Positions 63,633-64,000 of a stretch of DNA of 64,000 nt are shown in pieces (the first letter of the stretch is position 1; each line of letters opens with the position of its first letter). Made by a program: the position numbers and the translations under genes. Under the pieces are notes generated by a model. The model did no database searches. It was not told where the DNA came from and saw nothing but the letters and a program-made list of their open reading frames with translations. This DNA is from a virus, in IMG/VR virus record IMGVR_UViG_3300037042_004723, positions 1 to 64,000 of that record. One strand, 5' to 3'.

Positions 63633-63821
63633 TCATCAGTGATAGCACAGCTACCTTGACAATGATACAACAATCGAACAACAATCGACTGTCAAGGTAA
63701 GGCAATCCTGTCAGGAAAACTCTATGGTGCAAGGCCCTTAATGGAGTTTTCCGGTTAGGCCAGTGGCCCGGCGGGGCCGGGGGCTAGCGGTTGGCCGGTC
63801 GGGCCGCTTACCCGGCGGGGG

Positions 63822-64000
63822 CTAGCGGTCCCAGCGACCCGCGATTCTGGGGCCGTGACCCTCGTCGGGAGCGGTCGCGCGGGCCCGTGCGGCGCGTACC
63901 TTTTCCTCTTCGACGGCGAGCCGCGCCGCCGTCTCCTCCGCCGACTCGGCGGCCCTTGCCGCCTCCCAGGCAGCGCGCCCCGCGCGATACATCTCCCTGA
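63822..64000 (-). CDS. Partial CDS (5'-truncated by window edge), paralog of 62119-62532
   Basis: Ends GPRIAGRWDR*. Confidence 0.65.
   Translation of the reverse strand, partial: REMYRAGRAAWEAARAAESAEETAARLAVEEEKVRAARARATAPDEGHGPRIAGRWDR

Larger units (their letters stand above)
20722..63751. repeat. Dispersed inverted repeat GAAAACTC-(2-32 nt)-GAGTTTTC, 43 complete copies plus lone half-sites
   Basis: Examples: 20722, 23448, 30672, 33656, 36023, 39847, 42962, 48036, 52582, 54399, 58687, 63715; intergenic; no complete copy before 20.7 kb. Confidence 0.95.

Noticed and set aside
53258-63751. CRISPR array (constant flanks with variable 19-32 nt spacers)
   Set aside because: Units are inverted half-sites dispersed one per gene, not tandem direct repeats; no cas genes
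21790-63751. Classical integron
   Set aside because: No GTTRRRY/RYYYAAC cores at the sites, the recombinase is too short for IntI, and cassettes carry their own promoters; kept only as an analogy
1-64000. Retron, DGR or group II intron explanation for repeats and ncRNAs
   Set aside because: No reverse transcriptase (YxDD) ORF and no TR/VR pair with adenine-specific mismatches seen

Overview
A gene-dense segment of about 62-65% GC (estimated by eye). It reads as part of a large bacteriophage or phage-like replicon. The host is uncertain; Myxococcota/Deltaproteobacteria is a guess from GC and the IF3 sequence. No structural genes, rRNA or cas genes are visible. (1) 1-20.4 kb is entirely minus strand: a stand-alone infC (IF3), a SNF2 helicase, a CxxCxxCC (YkgJ-like) protein and a metallophosphoesterase (the last three each split by a LAGLIDADG intein), an HNH nuclease and many small ORFs. 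(2) 20.4-23.6 kb holds a repeat-rich non-coding block, an RHH protein, a tyrosine recombinase and a second HNH. (3) 23.6-64 kb is an array of mostly single-gene modules. About 70 copies (manual count) of a promoter-like motif, NTGAAA/NCGAAA-17 nt-TGTAGT, sit usually exactly 6 nt before the start codon, which implies leaderless mRNAs. About 19 sigma70-like TTGACA-17-TAnnnT promoters lie 5-7 nt before genes that mostly begin MLN(H)T. Five paralogous ECF-like sigma factors are encoded here. Modules are separated by 43 GAAAACTC-(variable spacer)-GAGTTTTC inverted repeats whose spacers fall into discrete length classes. Several promoters drive structured non-coding RNAs rather than ORFs, and one shrunken tRNA-like element is present. 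Best candidate for a new system: a phage leaderless-transcription programme (own sigma factors, own IF3, ncRNAs) built from palindrome-bounded, shufflable single-gene cassettes. Family assignments come from motif recognition, not database searches, and counts and coordinates were read by hand.
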